This document shows, one piece after another, positions 46,098-56,030 of a stretch of DNA of 64,000 nucleotides (positions are counted from its first letter, which is position 1; every line of letters starts with the position of its first letter). The notes below the pieces were generated by a model. It was given only the letters and a program-made list of their open reading frames with translations, was not told the DNA's origin and did not search any database. Where the stretch lies: positions 4,984-68,983 of the forward strand of contig CAYZNV010000002.1 of assembly GCA_964480125.1 (NCBI GenBank), in the 5' to 3' direction. Both the position numbers and the translations under genes were made by a program. Source of the DNA: an uncultured archaeon. Lineage in GTDB: Archaea > Iainarchaeota > Iainarchaeia > Iainarchaeales > VGJJ01.

Positions 46098-47083
46098 TGG
46101 GGAAACACCACCACATTGCTTTTGTACGTGTCGAATCCGGGCTTAATGATGGAATAATTGGCGTCCTGATAATAGAAAGAAGTGATTGCCCGGCGGAAAA
46201 CGACCTCGAGAGTGACATGGATTGGATTTCCACCATGTTCGAAATAAATTCCATTGTTCAGCGTGATTGTGAATGGAGAAGAGTTGCACGGCGGACTGCT
46301 ACAAGAATAAGTCAATGTATTCGTGTCACTCGGAAGAAAGTAAACGCCAGGATTTTTTTCGTTCGTGGTTAAAGAACAATTCACGCAATTGGCGTCATCG
46401 AAGTGCAATGAGAAAAAGGGATAATTGGAATCGGGAGCATACGTGTCAAAGGGGCACATGTTGCCATTGAAGTCGCAGGTCAAAACATTATAATCATCCG
46501 TCGTCCCGAGCAAGGACACATTGACATCGATGCGTTCAATGCTTGAGATGAGATCGAAAGACGATGAGCAGCCTAGCGTGGAAGAGTTGGAGAGCGAGAA
46601 AGTATTGTCATCGAGCAATTGGTATTGCACGCACGAAGGGAGTAGGTTGAATTTGGCAGTGGAATGAGTTCCACCCCACGCACTGGATTGAGGGACGTTC
46701 AGGTCGATGAGTACTCCATCATAAGTATGTTGGGTATTGTTGTCGGTGGCGAAAATGCGATAAGCATTGAGGATATCGAAATACAGTCCAAGTTTTCCGG
46801 ATGCAAGAGGAAGCCGTTGCGTTGTGCGCAACACATTTCGATCCACCGCATATTGGAATGGCAAGATTCGCTGAGCGATAGAGGGAATTCCTATCCCTGT
46901 GTCCAAGGAAATGATGTCATCCGTCACGTCATCATACTTGGAATTGATGCTGTTCAGCACGCTGACTTCAATCGTAGTCTCGGATTGTTTTTCTTGTGTC
47001 TGGAGGTGGAACGCAATCGCGGTGATGACTACTCCCACGAACAAGAAGGTAAGGAAAGTAAATAATATCCCTTTCTCACGCAT
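46094..47083 (-). CDS. prepilin-leader protein (class III signal 'MREKG|ILFTFLTFLFVGVVITAIAF')
   Basis: Start taken at Met24 so that it does not overlap the upstream stop at 47089. About 329 aa of extracellular domain. Confidence 0.45.
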   Translation of the reverse strand: MREKGILFTFLTFLFVGVVITAIAFHLQTQEKQSETTIEVSVLNSINSKYDDVTDDIISLDTGIGIPSIAQRILPFQYAVDRNVLRTTQRLPLASGKLGLYFDILNAYRIFATDNNTQHTYDGVLIDLNVPQSSAWGGTHSTAKFNLLPSCVQYQLLDDNTFSLSNSSTLGCSSSFDLISSIERIDVNVSLLGTTDDYNVLTCDFNGNMCPFDTYAPDSNYPFFSLHFDDANCVNCSLTTNEKNPGVYFLPSDTNTLTYSCSSPPCNSSPFTITLNNGIYFEHGGNPIHVTLEVVFRRAITSFYYQDANYSIIKPGFDTYKSNVVVFPQ

Positions 47084-47088
47084 GCCCA

Positions 47089-50000
47089 TCATCCTCGGAT
47101 CCATGCCCAGTAATCGAGCGTGAAAAACTGGGTCTGTGGGCGCGAATAGCAATAGATGAAATCCTGATTGTTGTTGCTACATTCGGGGATGGTTCCGCTT
47201 GGATTCACCACGGCAAACAAATCCCCTTCAGCTGGGACATTCTGCACAAACGTATAGCTAGAGGCTAAGCACCCTGGAGATTGTGAACCACACAAGAAAG
47301 GAATGGATTGCGACCCCACCAGCGTCGAGGGAGAAGGATTGCCGCGATAGAATTCCACGTTGGTATTGTTCGTGTCCAGCGTGCCGTGGCTGACGACCTT
47401 AACGGTGAGATCCACATTGTTAGTGCTTATTAGATTGCCAGACTGGATGTCCACATTCAAGTCGCGGTAATTGAATGCAGTGGTGATGAATTCATTCCAG
47501 TCCTTGGTTTGAGGATTACCATTCGAGTCCAGGTATTGGAATTGAGTAGTGCTCCCAGGAACGGATAACAACGTTGAGCTGCATGCTAGTGCCGTCGTGC
47601 AGGGGATGTTGAACGTATAGCTTGATACCCATGGCTGCGGTGCCAGCGTGTTGATGTCGAAGATAATCCCATTCCCCACTAATACCCCGTTTCCATCATC
47701 CACGATGACCGTTCCGCTGTTGAAACTGGTATAGATGTTTGCATCTTGCGCAATCACTTGAATAGTTTGCGCAATCAGCTGGTAAACCGCGCTTAAAGCG
47801 TTCTGATCAGCCGCATAATAATATTGTCCCCCCGTGAGATTTGCGATGTTCGTCAGCTCTGTCGCATCCGCGTCTTCACCGAAACCAATGGTGTAGATGA
47901 TAATCCCATTATTGCTGGCAGTGATGGCAGCAGTAGAGGAGTTTGCTCCCATGTTGGTGAGGCCATCTCCCATTAGAATCTGGAACTTGAGCGCGGAAGG
48001 ATTTGAATATCCCCCGTATGTGATGAAGCGCGCATCCCATCCTGATTGCGCAGTCGTGTTCTGGTATGCCTGTCCATTAGAATAGGGATTGCTCGAGCTT
48101 GCACCCCATTGATAGTAGTTCGAAGCATTGTCCGTTGCCGTGGTCGCAGCAAGATAGTATGTCACTCCTGGACTGACAGCCGTCGTACCAAAATTGGCCG
48201 TGACCAGCGCGTACGTAGTTCCAACCGAAGAAGAAGGAATAGATACGCTGGAGATTGGACTCCCAGAAATGCTCGAGCGCAATTCGAGGACAAGCGGGGA
48301 GGCAGGATTTCCCACTCTCCGGATATAGACATCCGCGCGCGTGAAATAGGGAAGGACCGGTTGATAGGATTGCACGGCGGATTGATTGCTTGAGTTCTGT
48401 CCGATGTAGAGGCTCTGGTTTTGGCTTCCAGAATTGCTAACATCCGTTTGGGACATACTGAAATGCGTCGTGGCTGTATTGATTCCTTCCCCGACAGCCG
48501 TCCCCCCGCTAGCAACAAGATTGCTTACGGATGTCTTCACGGAAGAATAGGTTCGGGTAAGGGATTGATTCAGTGTAGCGCTACTCGAAAAACTAACTAA
48601 CCCTAATTGGTCGTTCGAACTATTCCACCCATTGAAATCGATGAAAGTATTTGCGGATAACTTGGCTTGGTTCAGTTTGGGGCCCACTCGCAGATCGATT
48701 GTGATGAGGCCCGGAATTCCTGAGTCGACGGCGATGTAGGCCCAGTCCCCTTGCACCTCGAGATCGCGATAACTGTAGGGAGTAGCAAAACTATCCACTA
48801 GCACAGGAGATGCTGGAGATGAAATGTTTACGACTTGTAATGAGCTGTCATCTGCAATGATCGCATTGGTGTCCTTGAGACGCACCGTGTAAGCTGTGCC
48901 GGGAGTATTGTATGTTCCCACTAGCGTAGGAGAGGCAGGATTTGAAATATCCACCACTCTCATTCCTTGCGAACCATTTCCGACATACGCGTAACTCCCT
49001 GAAGGCCAGACATCATAGGTGGTGCCACTCGCGATATTACATCCTCCAGTATTGTAGCAATTTGCAACGACGCTGGGTTGCTGGGGATTGGCAATATTGA
49101 ATATGCGAAATCCATTTGTGCCATTTGCCGCATAAGCATAATCTCCTTGCAGGGTGACGTGATAGGGATCTTCTAGCGGAGACGCCCCAATCACACGCGG
49201 AGATGATTTGGTGCTCGTATCCACCACGACTAATCCCGCAACATACTGCGTGCGCAGATACGCATCCCATGTTTGGGATGTAGTATTTTGGTAGGCTTGC
49301 CCTCCAGAATAGGGGTTGCTGCCGCGGGCCTTCCACTCATAATAGTTGGAGTTGCTGTTTGAAGGAGTGGTGAGCACGATGAAATAAGTAGTGCCGCTCG
49401 TGAGCGGAATGACTCCTGAAAAATTCACGTCTACGTAGGCTCCGCTGGAAGATGTTCCAACGGAAGAAGCGGGAATTGTGATTGTATTCAAGTCGCTTCC
49501 AGAAATACTCGTGCGCAAGTGCGCCGTGATGTCTGGAGGACTCCCAATTTTACGCAGGCGCACTCCAAAGCCCGTAATGAAATCCACTCCAGGAGTGAAT
49601 GACTGCCCTCCACTCGCTTGGGAAGAGGTTCGACCGATGTAGATGTTTTGATTTGGACTCCCATTCGTGGTCGTTTCGACATCTTGGGAAGAAGAAGAAA
49701 ACGTCGTGACATACGTGATCGTGTCCCGGCTCGTCACACCATAAGCAGTCCCTCCCACATCGAGTTGCGCAGCAGAAGAGGGTGATGATTTTGTGGTCAC
49801 ATTCACGATGCGCAATCCTGAACTTCCGTCCGCGAGATAGGCATAATTGCCATTTACGTCCACATCGTTTGCCGTCCCGGGAGAATTATAAGTTCCAACT
49901 AGCAGTGGCAGTCCCGGACTATCGATGTTGACATCGCGCAGTCCTGAAGTTGAATCGGCCAAAAATGCATAGTTCTGATCCACTTCCACTCCTAAAGCCG

Positions 50001-50724
50001 ACGTCGAATTCAGTTGCCCGCCCCAACTCATGCTTCCGGAGCGATCGAAAACCAACATCATGTCGACTGGTCGTCGTGTTCCCGAGTTCGTTGTGACGGT
50101 GAGAGAGACGGTGATGTTCTGATCGCACGTCAAAGGACCAGCTGGAAAAATATTCACATCAAAATTGATGTTGGCATCCTCTGCGAAGGCAAGACTTGGG
50201 GTGTAAGGTGAATAGATTCCACTCTTGCGCGGGGAAAGCCCTCCCGTGCATTGCGAGGAAGGTTGTTGCTTGAGGAAAATCCTCCTCCCATGAACGAATG
50301 GAGCAGAGGACGGAAGCGTCGTTCCATAGGTCAATGCCGTGCGATTGGCATCGGGAAAACAAGTGGTAAAGTCTTGCGCGGATTGGCAGGAGTTCACATC
50401 AACAGGATAGCTGGTAAGTTCCACATACAAATCATATTGAGGCGGGAGAAGCGTGCGAATATAGGAATAGATGTTTTGCAATGTTGCGGAAGAAAAACCA
50501 TTGATGTCGATTTCACTCGAAACAAATCCGGAGTGATCCATAGCAAGAAAAATATCATCGACATATTGATCGGCAACGCGTCTTTCTTCCAAGAAAGAAG
50601 TGGGTTGGTTCGGCAAAGAAATGAGTAGCGCAACAGATGAAACAAGGATTAGAGCCAATACCACATCGGCACTGAAGGCAAAACCCCTCGGAGGAGTAGG
50701 AGATAATGAGTAGTCATGCAACAT
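47089..50724 (-). CDS. giant prepilin-leader adhesin with two vWA-like modules and LVIVD beta-propeller repeats
   Basis: N-terminus '...TPPRG|FAFSADVVLALILVSSVALLI'. 'MMLVFDRSGSMSWGG' is a vWA MIDAS DxSxS motif. The repeats 'GNYAYLADGSSGLRIVNV' and 'YAYVGNGSQGMRVVDISNP' are LVIVD-like. A second vWA-like region carries 'GGTAVGEGINTA'. 1211 aa. Confidence 0.6.
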   Translation of the reverse strand: MLHDYSLSPTPPRGFAFSADVVLALILVSSVALLISLPNQPTSFLEERRVADQYVDDIFLAMDHSGFVSSEIDINGFSSATLQNIYSYIRTLLPPQYDLYVELTSYPVDVNSCQSAQDFTTCFPDANRTALTYGTTLPSSAPFVHGRRIFLKQQPSSQCTGGLSPRKSGIYSPYTPSLAFAEDANINFDVNIFPAGPLTCDQNITVSLTVTTNSGTRRPVDMMLVFDRSGSMSWGGQLNSTSALGVEVDQNYAFLADSTSGLRDVNIDSPGLPLLVGTYNSPGTANDVDVNGNYAYLADGSSGLRIVNVTTKSSPSSAAQLDVGGTAYGVTSRDTITYVTTFSSSSQDVETTTNGSPNQNIYIGRTSSQASGGQSFTPGVDFITGFGVRLRKIGSPPDITAHLRTSISGSDLNTITIPASSVGTSSSGAYVDVNFSGVIPLTSGTTYFIVLTTPSNSNSNYYEWKARGSNPYSGGQAYQNTTSQTWDAYLRTQYVAGLVVVDTSTKSSPRVIGASPLEDPYHVTLQGDYAYAANGTNGFRIFNIANPQQPSVVANCYNTGGCNIASGTTYDVWPSGSYAYVGNGSQGMRVVDISNPASPTLVGTYNTPGTAYTVRLKDTNAIIADDSSLQVVNISSPASPVLVDSFATPYSYRDLEVQGDWAYIAVDSGIPGLITIDLRVGPKLNQAKLSANTFIDFNGWNSSNDQLGLVSFSSSATLNQSLTRTYSSVKTSVSNLVASGGTAVGEGINTATTHFSMSQTDVSNSGSQNQSLYIGQNSSNQSAVQSYQPVLPYFTRADVYIRRVGNPASPLVLELRSSISGSPISSVSIPSSSVGTTYALVTANFGTTAVSPGVTYYLAATTATDNASNYYQWGASSSNPYSNGQAYQNTTAQSGWDARFITYGGYSNPSALKFQILMGDGLTNMGANSSTAAITASNNGIIIYTIGFGEDADATELTNIANLTGGQYYYAADQNALSAVYQLIAQTIQVIAQDANIYTSFNSGTVIVDDGNGVLVGNGIIFDINTLAPQPWVSSYTFNIPCTTALACSSTLLSVPGSTTQFQYLDSNGNPQTKDWNEFITTAFNYRDLNVDIQSGNLISTNNVDLTVKVVSHGTLDTNNTNVEFYRGNPSPSTLVGSQSIPFLCGSQSPGCLASSYTFVQNVPAEGDLFAVVNPSGTIPECSNNNQDFIYCYSRPQTQFFTLDYWAWIRG

Positions 50725-51244
50725 ACAAGGTCACGGTCACGGTTGTCTCAATTCCATTCACGGTCACAAAACGTCGTACGACGCTCGATTGCACGGATCC
50801 GATAGGCATCAACCCCATCGAGAGATTCGCTCCACCAGTGAATTCGATGTAATAGTTAAAATGACTGAGCCGTAATTTCTCGCGCACGAGGTAATAGTCG
50901 GTATTTCCCAGGTTGACGAATGCCACGACTTTGTCAGGGTCCAGTACACGATCCCGAATCGCCAAGCCAAAGAATTGCACAGCGTTGTAGTCGGAGAGAG
51001 ATTCCCAGTCAACAGGGGAACCGGGATTTTTCACGAGATATTCAGCCACATTGGCGGCAGTAGTGTCAAGTGTTTTGCGTTCGAATTGTCGTTCGGTCGC
51101 ACCCTCAATCGAGCCTTGGAAATAAAATATGCCGGCAATGATGATCATGAATAATGTAACCGCAAACATCACATCTGGAATCGCCGCTTGAGCACGCGAA
51201 GAGCGGAGCGCATAGCAAGGTGAGAAGTCGGAACGCATGTGCAT
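50714..51244 (-). CDS. prepilin-leader-like small protein ('SRA|QAAIPDVMFAVTLFMIIIAGIF')
   Basis: 176 aa with an RAQ motif followed by a hydrophobic helix. It is operonic (11-nt overlap). Confidence 0.4.
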   Translation of the reverse strand: MHMRSDFSPCYALRSSRAQAAIPDVMFAVTLFMIIIAGIFYFQGSIEGATERQFERKTLDTTAANVAEYLVKNPGSPVDWESLSDYNAVQFFGLAIRDRVLDPDKVVAFVNLGNTDYYLVREKLRLSHFNYYIEFTGGANLSMGLMPIGSVQSSVVRRFVTVNGIETTVTVTLYVA

Positions 51245-52414
51245 TCACCCAAACACCCGCTGCGCCACCACATTTCCAATGGGGTTCACAAGGGTTGCGG
51301 TGACCGTTCCGCCTGACCAGAGCGTGCTCGGAGAATTCAAGTAGATACGCGTGGTCGTATTGGTTCCCGTCCCCGTATGCACGCGCGCAGATCCATCCAA
51401 GATAAACGGATCAGGAAAAGTGATGAGTGGAATCCCATCCCTCAAGAGCGAAAAACCAGATAACTCCAACGACTGCAACGCAGTGAATTCGAGGAACTCA
51501 TTTTGGATATTGCGTTCATCGAATTCAGTCTCGGTAATCACAATCAGGGGTTGCCCAAACGCATCGAATCCTGGATTCACATACCCACAGTCAGCGCTGA
51601 AATAAAGGGGAAGAATTTCATACGCACATCCCTCGTCCGTGCAAAAGTAATTTTGCCATATTTTTGTCGTGGAAGAGCAAGTGTAACTGTCGGCAGGACA
51701 TTGTGCGATTACGCAGGCATTCCCACTGCCAGAACCCCCGACGGAGAGTTCGTTGTCAGAAAGTATTTCTTCTTGAGTGGACTGTGAAGAAAAAGCACTT
51801 GACTCGTTCTGCCAGAGGCGAGAGAAGAGGGATTTGAATAATTCTCGTTCAGTCTCGGTGCGGAGCACGCGGAGACTGGCAGTTCCCTGGGCATTTGTGT
51901 CGGTATTATTTCCAACGAGCTCCGACGTTGCGTCTACGTGCACAAAATTCGTGGCCACAAAATTATTCACGGATTTCACTCGAACGGTCGCGCCTTCAAG
52001 GAAAAACTTAGGATTAAGCGAAGCATCGAGGATGAGCTCCACCTTCACCCCTCGCTTGATGGCCGCGCGCAAGTGGTCGCGAAATATTTTGGGGGCAGGA
52101 GTCCGGAGCACGGCCTGGATTCGTTGCGTAGCAGAATCGATGTGAGTGAGCACCTTTTCGAGACAGTCGGCTTGGGCACAATCGTACGTGACCGCACACT
52201 GCGTCAACGCAATGGATCGCGCCTGATCAGGAGGAATAGTATTTACTTCATTCACTGGCTCTGGGGACGCGACATTCGGCACGATTACCGGAGCGGGTGG
52301 AGGAGAGGGAAATACGATGATAAGTGCAATGGCTAATAGAATCAAGACGAACGGTCCCAGCAACCATTGGAACTGAAATCGTATGGGTGGATTGAGGGAA
52401 TCAGATGAAGGCAT
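51245..52414 (-). CDS. membrane-anchored secreted protein (N-terminal TM), Cys-containing
   Basis: 389 aa with a hydrophobic N-terminus 'WLLGPFVLILLAIALIIVF'. The leader is less canonical. It is operonic (1-nt overlap). Confidence 0.35.
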   Translation of the reverse strand: MPSSDSLNPPIRFQFQWLLGPFVLILLAIALIIVFPSPPPAPVIVPNVASPEPVNEVNTIPPDQARSIALTQCAVTYDCAQADCLEKVLTHIDSATQRIQAVLRTPAPKIFRDHLRAAIKRGVKVELILDASLNPKFFLEGATVRVKSVNNFVATNFVHVDATSELVGNNTDTNAQGTASLRVLRTETERELFKSLFSRLWQNESSAFSSQSTQEEILSDNELSVGGSGSGNACVIAQCPADSYTCSSTTKIWQNYFCTDEGCAYEILPLYFSADCGYVNPGFDAFGQPLIVITETEFDERNIQNEFLEFTALQSLELSGFSLLRDGIPLITFPDPFILDGSARVHTGTGTNTTTRIYLNSPSTLWSGGTVTATLVNPIGNVVAQRVFG

Positions 52415-54000
52415 CAGGTCACCACCAAATTGATGTTGTCGATATAAATCCCCACTCCCTCATTGGAAAGATCCCAGTCCGATAGCGCCCCACCAAATTC
52501 CAGGTAATAACTTCCGCTGCCGCTGACGAGGGAAGCGATATCTTGAATAAAGAATTGAGTTGTATCCGTTGGAGTGTCGGAGAACCATATTTCGGGAGAT
52601 GCATCCCCATCATCATCACTCGCGTCTTGGGCAGATCCAAGGAAGGTCATCCCGCCATTATTGCCGAAGCGCGCTTTTACCCAAACCTCTTCTCCAGCAT
52701 CTGCCGCATTACCCCATCCTGCATCCGCATCGATAGAGTACGCGAAGCTCAATAGCAATTGTTCTCCCCCCTGTATGCGCGACCACATCGTGGAATTGAT
52801 GTCCACTTGGATCCCATACGCACCAGATGCGGCCGCGCCGACAAATGCATTGTCATCCGGCAGCGCCCCAGCAGAAGGCGCTCCTCCACCCATGCGAAGT
52901 TGCAGTTGCTGGTTGAGTGGAACATTCGAATCGGAAATGCTCCCATTGCCATTGGGATCCACGTTGAATTGGACGGCTTCCGAAAATGTCCCACCATACG
53001 TCCCCGCGGACCAATCCCATCCATCGTTTCCGGCATCAGCTCCGAAGGTATTAGCAATGCTATTGACATCCGATCGGAAATCGAGTGGTTGGGGCAAGTC
53101 TGCTCGCATTTCCCACAAGTCCACCGTCTGGCCAATAGAAAGGAAGTTCACATCCAATCGACCATAGTCAATCGAGATAAATGAACCTGAACCATTGGGC
53201 TCATACGTCATGCGAATGCGCGCATTGTTGGCGAGATTGTAATCCGTGATGCAACTTGAGAGGTTGGGACTTTGATAAAGTGCTTCCGTGTAGCTGGGAA
53301 CATAAGCCTCGATGTCCAACCAGGTTGTTCCATTCCAACACTGAATGCGGCGCAAGTTTTCGGATAACCCGATGAGGTTGCCTTGCAGGTGTTTGATGAA
53401 GACACTCACATTCGTAATGGTATTAGCCGGAGTCAGACCCAGATTTGAGAACCGAAACTCCACCCAGTCCGGGTCCACCAGTTGATCGTCCGCGGAGTTT
53501 GCGTAAGAGACATCATCCGCCTGCACCTCGGTAGACCATATTTGGCCCTGATCGTCCGTTAGCAGAACAATGCCAGCAGTAACATTCGAATTGGATGCAG
53601 GAACTTGAATGGGGGGATTGAGAGGAGAATAATTCAAATCATTCGTGAAAATGATGAGCCCATTCACGTCAAAGGCTTTTATGATTCCCCGCGACAAGGA
53701 AACATTCGCCACATTCCCCAAGAAAGGACAAATGCGATCGCCCACAAAAATAACCCCAGAAACGATGTTAGTATCATATTCCAATTCCAAGCGCGTTTCC
53801 GTGTAGGGAGGATTTGAGCTCATGTAGGTGATGATTGAAGAGAGCTTGGTACAAATCCCTTCTTCTTGGAGGTTTCCCTGCAGCGCACGATTGGATACGC
53901 TGCGCGTATGGATAAGGAGGAGCACCACGACAAAGACTAATAACAAAATAAGGATGCTCAGAAGGATTTCAGTCGCCACTTGGGCACGCGTTGCATTCAT
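52414..54000 (-). CDS. large prepilin-leader protein ('MNATRA|QVATEILLSILILLLVFVVVLL', E+5)
   Basis: 528 aa. Class III-like leader with Q+1/E+5, followed by a large beta-rich extracellular domain. Confidence 0.45.
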   Translation of the reverse strand: MNATRAQVATEILLSILILLLVFVVVLLLIHTRSVSNRALQGNLQEEGICTKLSSIITYMSSNPPYTETRLELEYDTNIVSGVIFVGDRICPFLGNVANVSLSRGIIKAFDVNGLIIFTNDLNYSPLNPPIQVPASNSNVTAGIVLLTDDQGQIWSTEVQADDVSYANSADDQLVDPDWVEFRFSNLGLTPANTITNVSVFIKHLQGNLIGLSENLRRIQCWNGTTWLDIEAYVPSYTEALYQSPNLSSCITDYNLANNARIRMTYEPNGSGSFISIDYGRLDVNFLSIGQTVDLWEMRADLPQPLDFRSDVNSIANTFGADAGNDGWDWSAGTYGGTFSEAVQFNVDPNGNGSISDSNVPLNQQLQLRMGGGAPSAGALPDDNAFVGAAASGAYGIQVDINSTMWSRIQGGEQLLLSFAYSIDADAGWGNAADAGEEVWVKARFGNNGGMTFLGSAQDASDDDGDASPEIWFSDTPTDTTQFFIQDIASLVSGSGSYYLEFGGALSDWDLSNEGVGIYIDNINLVVT

Positions 54001-54404
54001 GTGTTGGTCACGCTTGCATTGGTATCTGTCATGCTCACCTGCAAACGATAAAATCCCTCTTCGAAGTACAATTGCTGCGGCGTCACTCGCGCGCGAGTAA
54101 ATGCAAATACCGAGGTGCTCCCCCCAACAGGTGGGAGAAAAGTCATCAGCACATAATTCTGATCCACCAAGAAAGTGGTCACGGAAGAAGGCAGTTTGAC
54201 ATCAATGAGCACGGTATTTCCTGGACCTTTAGCATACACGAAATCCACTGCATTTGCTACTTGATCGACAACGGATTGTCCTTGGGTGACTTGAATCGTC
54301 GTCGAATAGGAGATGAAAGAGTACGCAAAAAGAATCACTGCCACTCCCATCAGAAAAGCCGTGAAGACAATATACTCGAATGCCACTTGGCCGCGCGGAT
54401 GCAT
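53997..54404 (-). CDS. pilin-like protein with class III signal ('MHPRG|QVAFEYIVFTAFLMGVAVIL')
   Basis: Start at Met25 of the track ORF. A TATA 'ctttttatt' (revcomp of 54428-54436) lies about 27 bp upstream. First gene of the operon. Confidence 0.5.
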   Translation of the reverse strand: MHPRGQVAFEYIVFTAFLMGVAVILFAYSFISYSTTIQVTQGQSVVDQVANAVDFVYAKGPGNTVLIDVKLPSSVTTFLVDQNYVLMTFLPPVGGSTSVFAFTRARVTPQQLYFEEGFYRLQVSMTDTNASVTNT

Positions 54405-54518
54405 GTGATGCAAGCAGCAAAACCGCCAATAAAAAGCAAGCACGCAAAAGAAGTGAAATCGCCCCCAATCCCCCATCCAGCCGCATTAAATAGCCCCTTG
54501 CTTATGTATATTCATTAG

Positions 54519-55100
54519 ATGGTGGCAGAAGGAAAGCTCAAGCTATATCGCGTTCTCTTAGAGAAATACGGCGAAATAATTAATGAGAAAGAACAACGCA
54601 CCGTGGGACAGATCAAAGCCCTCATTGATGTCGAGGATCTCAACATCCAGAATCTCATTACACTCTACAAGCCCGAACCCTACCTCTATGAAAAAGATTA
54701 TCTGGACACCGTGCAGAAAATTTACGAATTCATCACGAAAGAAATCCAGTATGTGCCTAACGACCTTAACCTCAATTTTTGGCTTTCACCAAAAGAAATA
54801 CTCAAGAACAAAATCTCAGACGATGAAGATCTTTCCGTACTGCTATGCTCCGCCATGGCCGCGCTCGGAGACAATAACGCATTTGTTTATTTGATGGAAC
54901 TCGAAGACGGAAGCACACACGCAGTGGTGTTGAGCACGATCAACAACGTAACGCTACTACTAGACCCTTGCCTACAGCATGGTTTCTTCAAATACTATGG
55001 AGAAAAAGCATACGTGTTCAAGAAATACCAATTCAACGGGAAGAAAATCAAACGCGCCATCTACCGATTCAATGCCCAAGTGTATGAGCAGTTCGTATAG
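54519..55100 (+). CDS. transglutaminase-like cysteine-peptidase-fold protein (tentative)
   Basis: 'LLCSAMAALGDNNAFVYLMELEDGSTHAVVLSTINNVTLLLDP' shows a Cys...His...Asp order like transglutaminase-like cores. Confidence 0.3.
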   Translation: MVAEGKLKLYRVLLEKYGEIINEKEQRTVGQIKALIDVEDLNIQNLITLYKPEPYLYEKDYLDTVQKIYEFITKEIQYVPNDLNLNFWLSPKEILKNKISDDEDLSVLLCSAMAALGDNNAFVYLMELEDGSTHAVVLSTINNVTLLLDPCLQHGFFKYYGEKAYVFKKYQFNGKKIKRAIYRFNAQVYEQFV

Positions 55101-55156
55101 GCAACAAAAAACAATCCAGGCAAAAGTCAATAAAGTCATTCCAGCAAAAGGATACT

Positions 55157-56026
55157 ATGCCCTCACTCCAATTAACTAGCCAACAACTCCATGCATTCGC
55201 TGAAAAATGGAATGAGGAATGGAAGAATGCCTACTTCAATCAGTTCCGCGCAGTAGGGGAAAATACATTCCAATTCAAGATCAACACCAAGCAAGAAAAG
55301 ATTTCGTTGCTAATCAAACTCCCCAATCTCGTGTGGGTTTCCCAGCGGAAGTGGGATGTATTAGAAACACAACCCCCCATCGTCAACAAAACAAAAACCC
55401 TATTCGAGAACCAAAAAATAATTTCCGTCGCACAACACGGAAACGATCGGATTCTCGTGATTAACTGCGCGAACATCCTACTCATACTCGAGCTATTCGG
55501 CGAGGGCAACATCATTGTTACGGAAAACAACGACTCCAAAAAAATAATCGCCGTGCATGCCGCGCGCGAGTGGAAAGGAAGGACATTGAAAGGCGGCCAA
55601 CCCTATCAATTCCCACTGAATCAAGCCACGATTGAAAAAAAACACGATGAAACGGAAATAAACAAAGAAGAAATAAAGAAATTATTTATTCGGATCGAGT
55701 CAGCTGCCATGGGACAGCAGGACGAAGAACAAGAAAGAGTGGTGCGCGAAACCAAATCACAAATCCAAAAGAAAGCGCTCGAAATCAATCTCGAGCGACA
55801 ACAAAAGCAAATGCACGAATGGGAAAATGAAATGAAAGAGCTGCAACGCAAAGGAGAATGGATTTATTCTCACTTCGCCGAAGTCGAAGCAATCATTCAA
55901 GCGCTACAACGCGCCAAAAAACAAAAAATAAACGAAAAAGAAGCACTTAAAGAATTACAAAATAAAATCAACGGAATCAAAAATATTAATTTTGAAAAAA
56001 CAAGTGTTGAGTGGGAAGCAGAATAA
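55157..56026 (+). CDS. Lys/Glu-rich coiled-coil hypothetical protein
   Basis: 289 aa with a globular N-terminal domain and a charged coiled-coil C-terminal half. Confidence 0.35.
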   Translation: MPSLQLTSQQLHAFAEKWNEEWKNAYFNQFRAVGENTFQFKINTKQEKISLLIKLPNLVWVSQRKWDVLETQPPIVNKTKTLFENQKIISVAQHGNDRILVINCANILLILELFGEGNIIVTENNDSKKIIAVHAAREWKGRTLKGGQPYQFPLNQATIEKKHDETEINKEEIKKLFIRIESAAMGQQDEEQERVVRETKSQIQKKALEINLERQQKQMHEWENEMKELQRKGEWIYSHFAEVEAIIQALQRAKKQKINEKEALKELQNKINGIKNINFEKTSVEWEAE

Positions 56027-56030
56027 CCAT

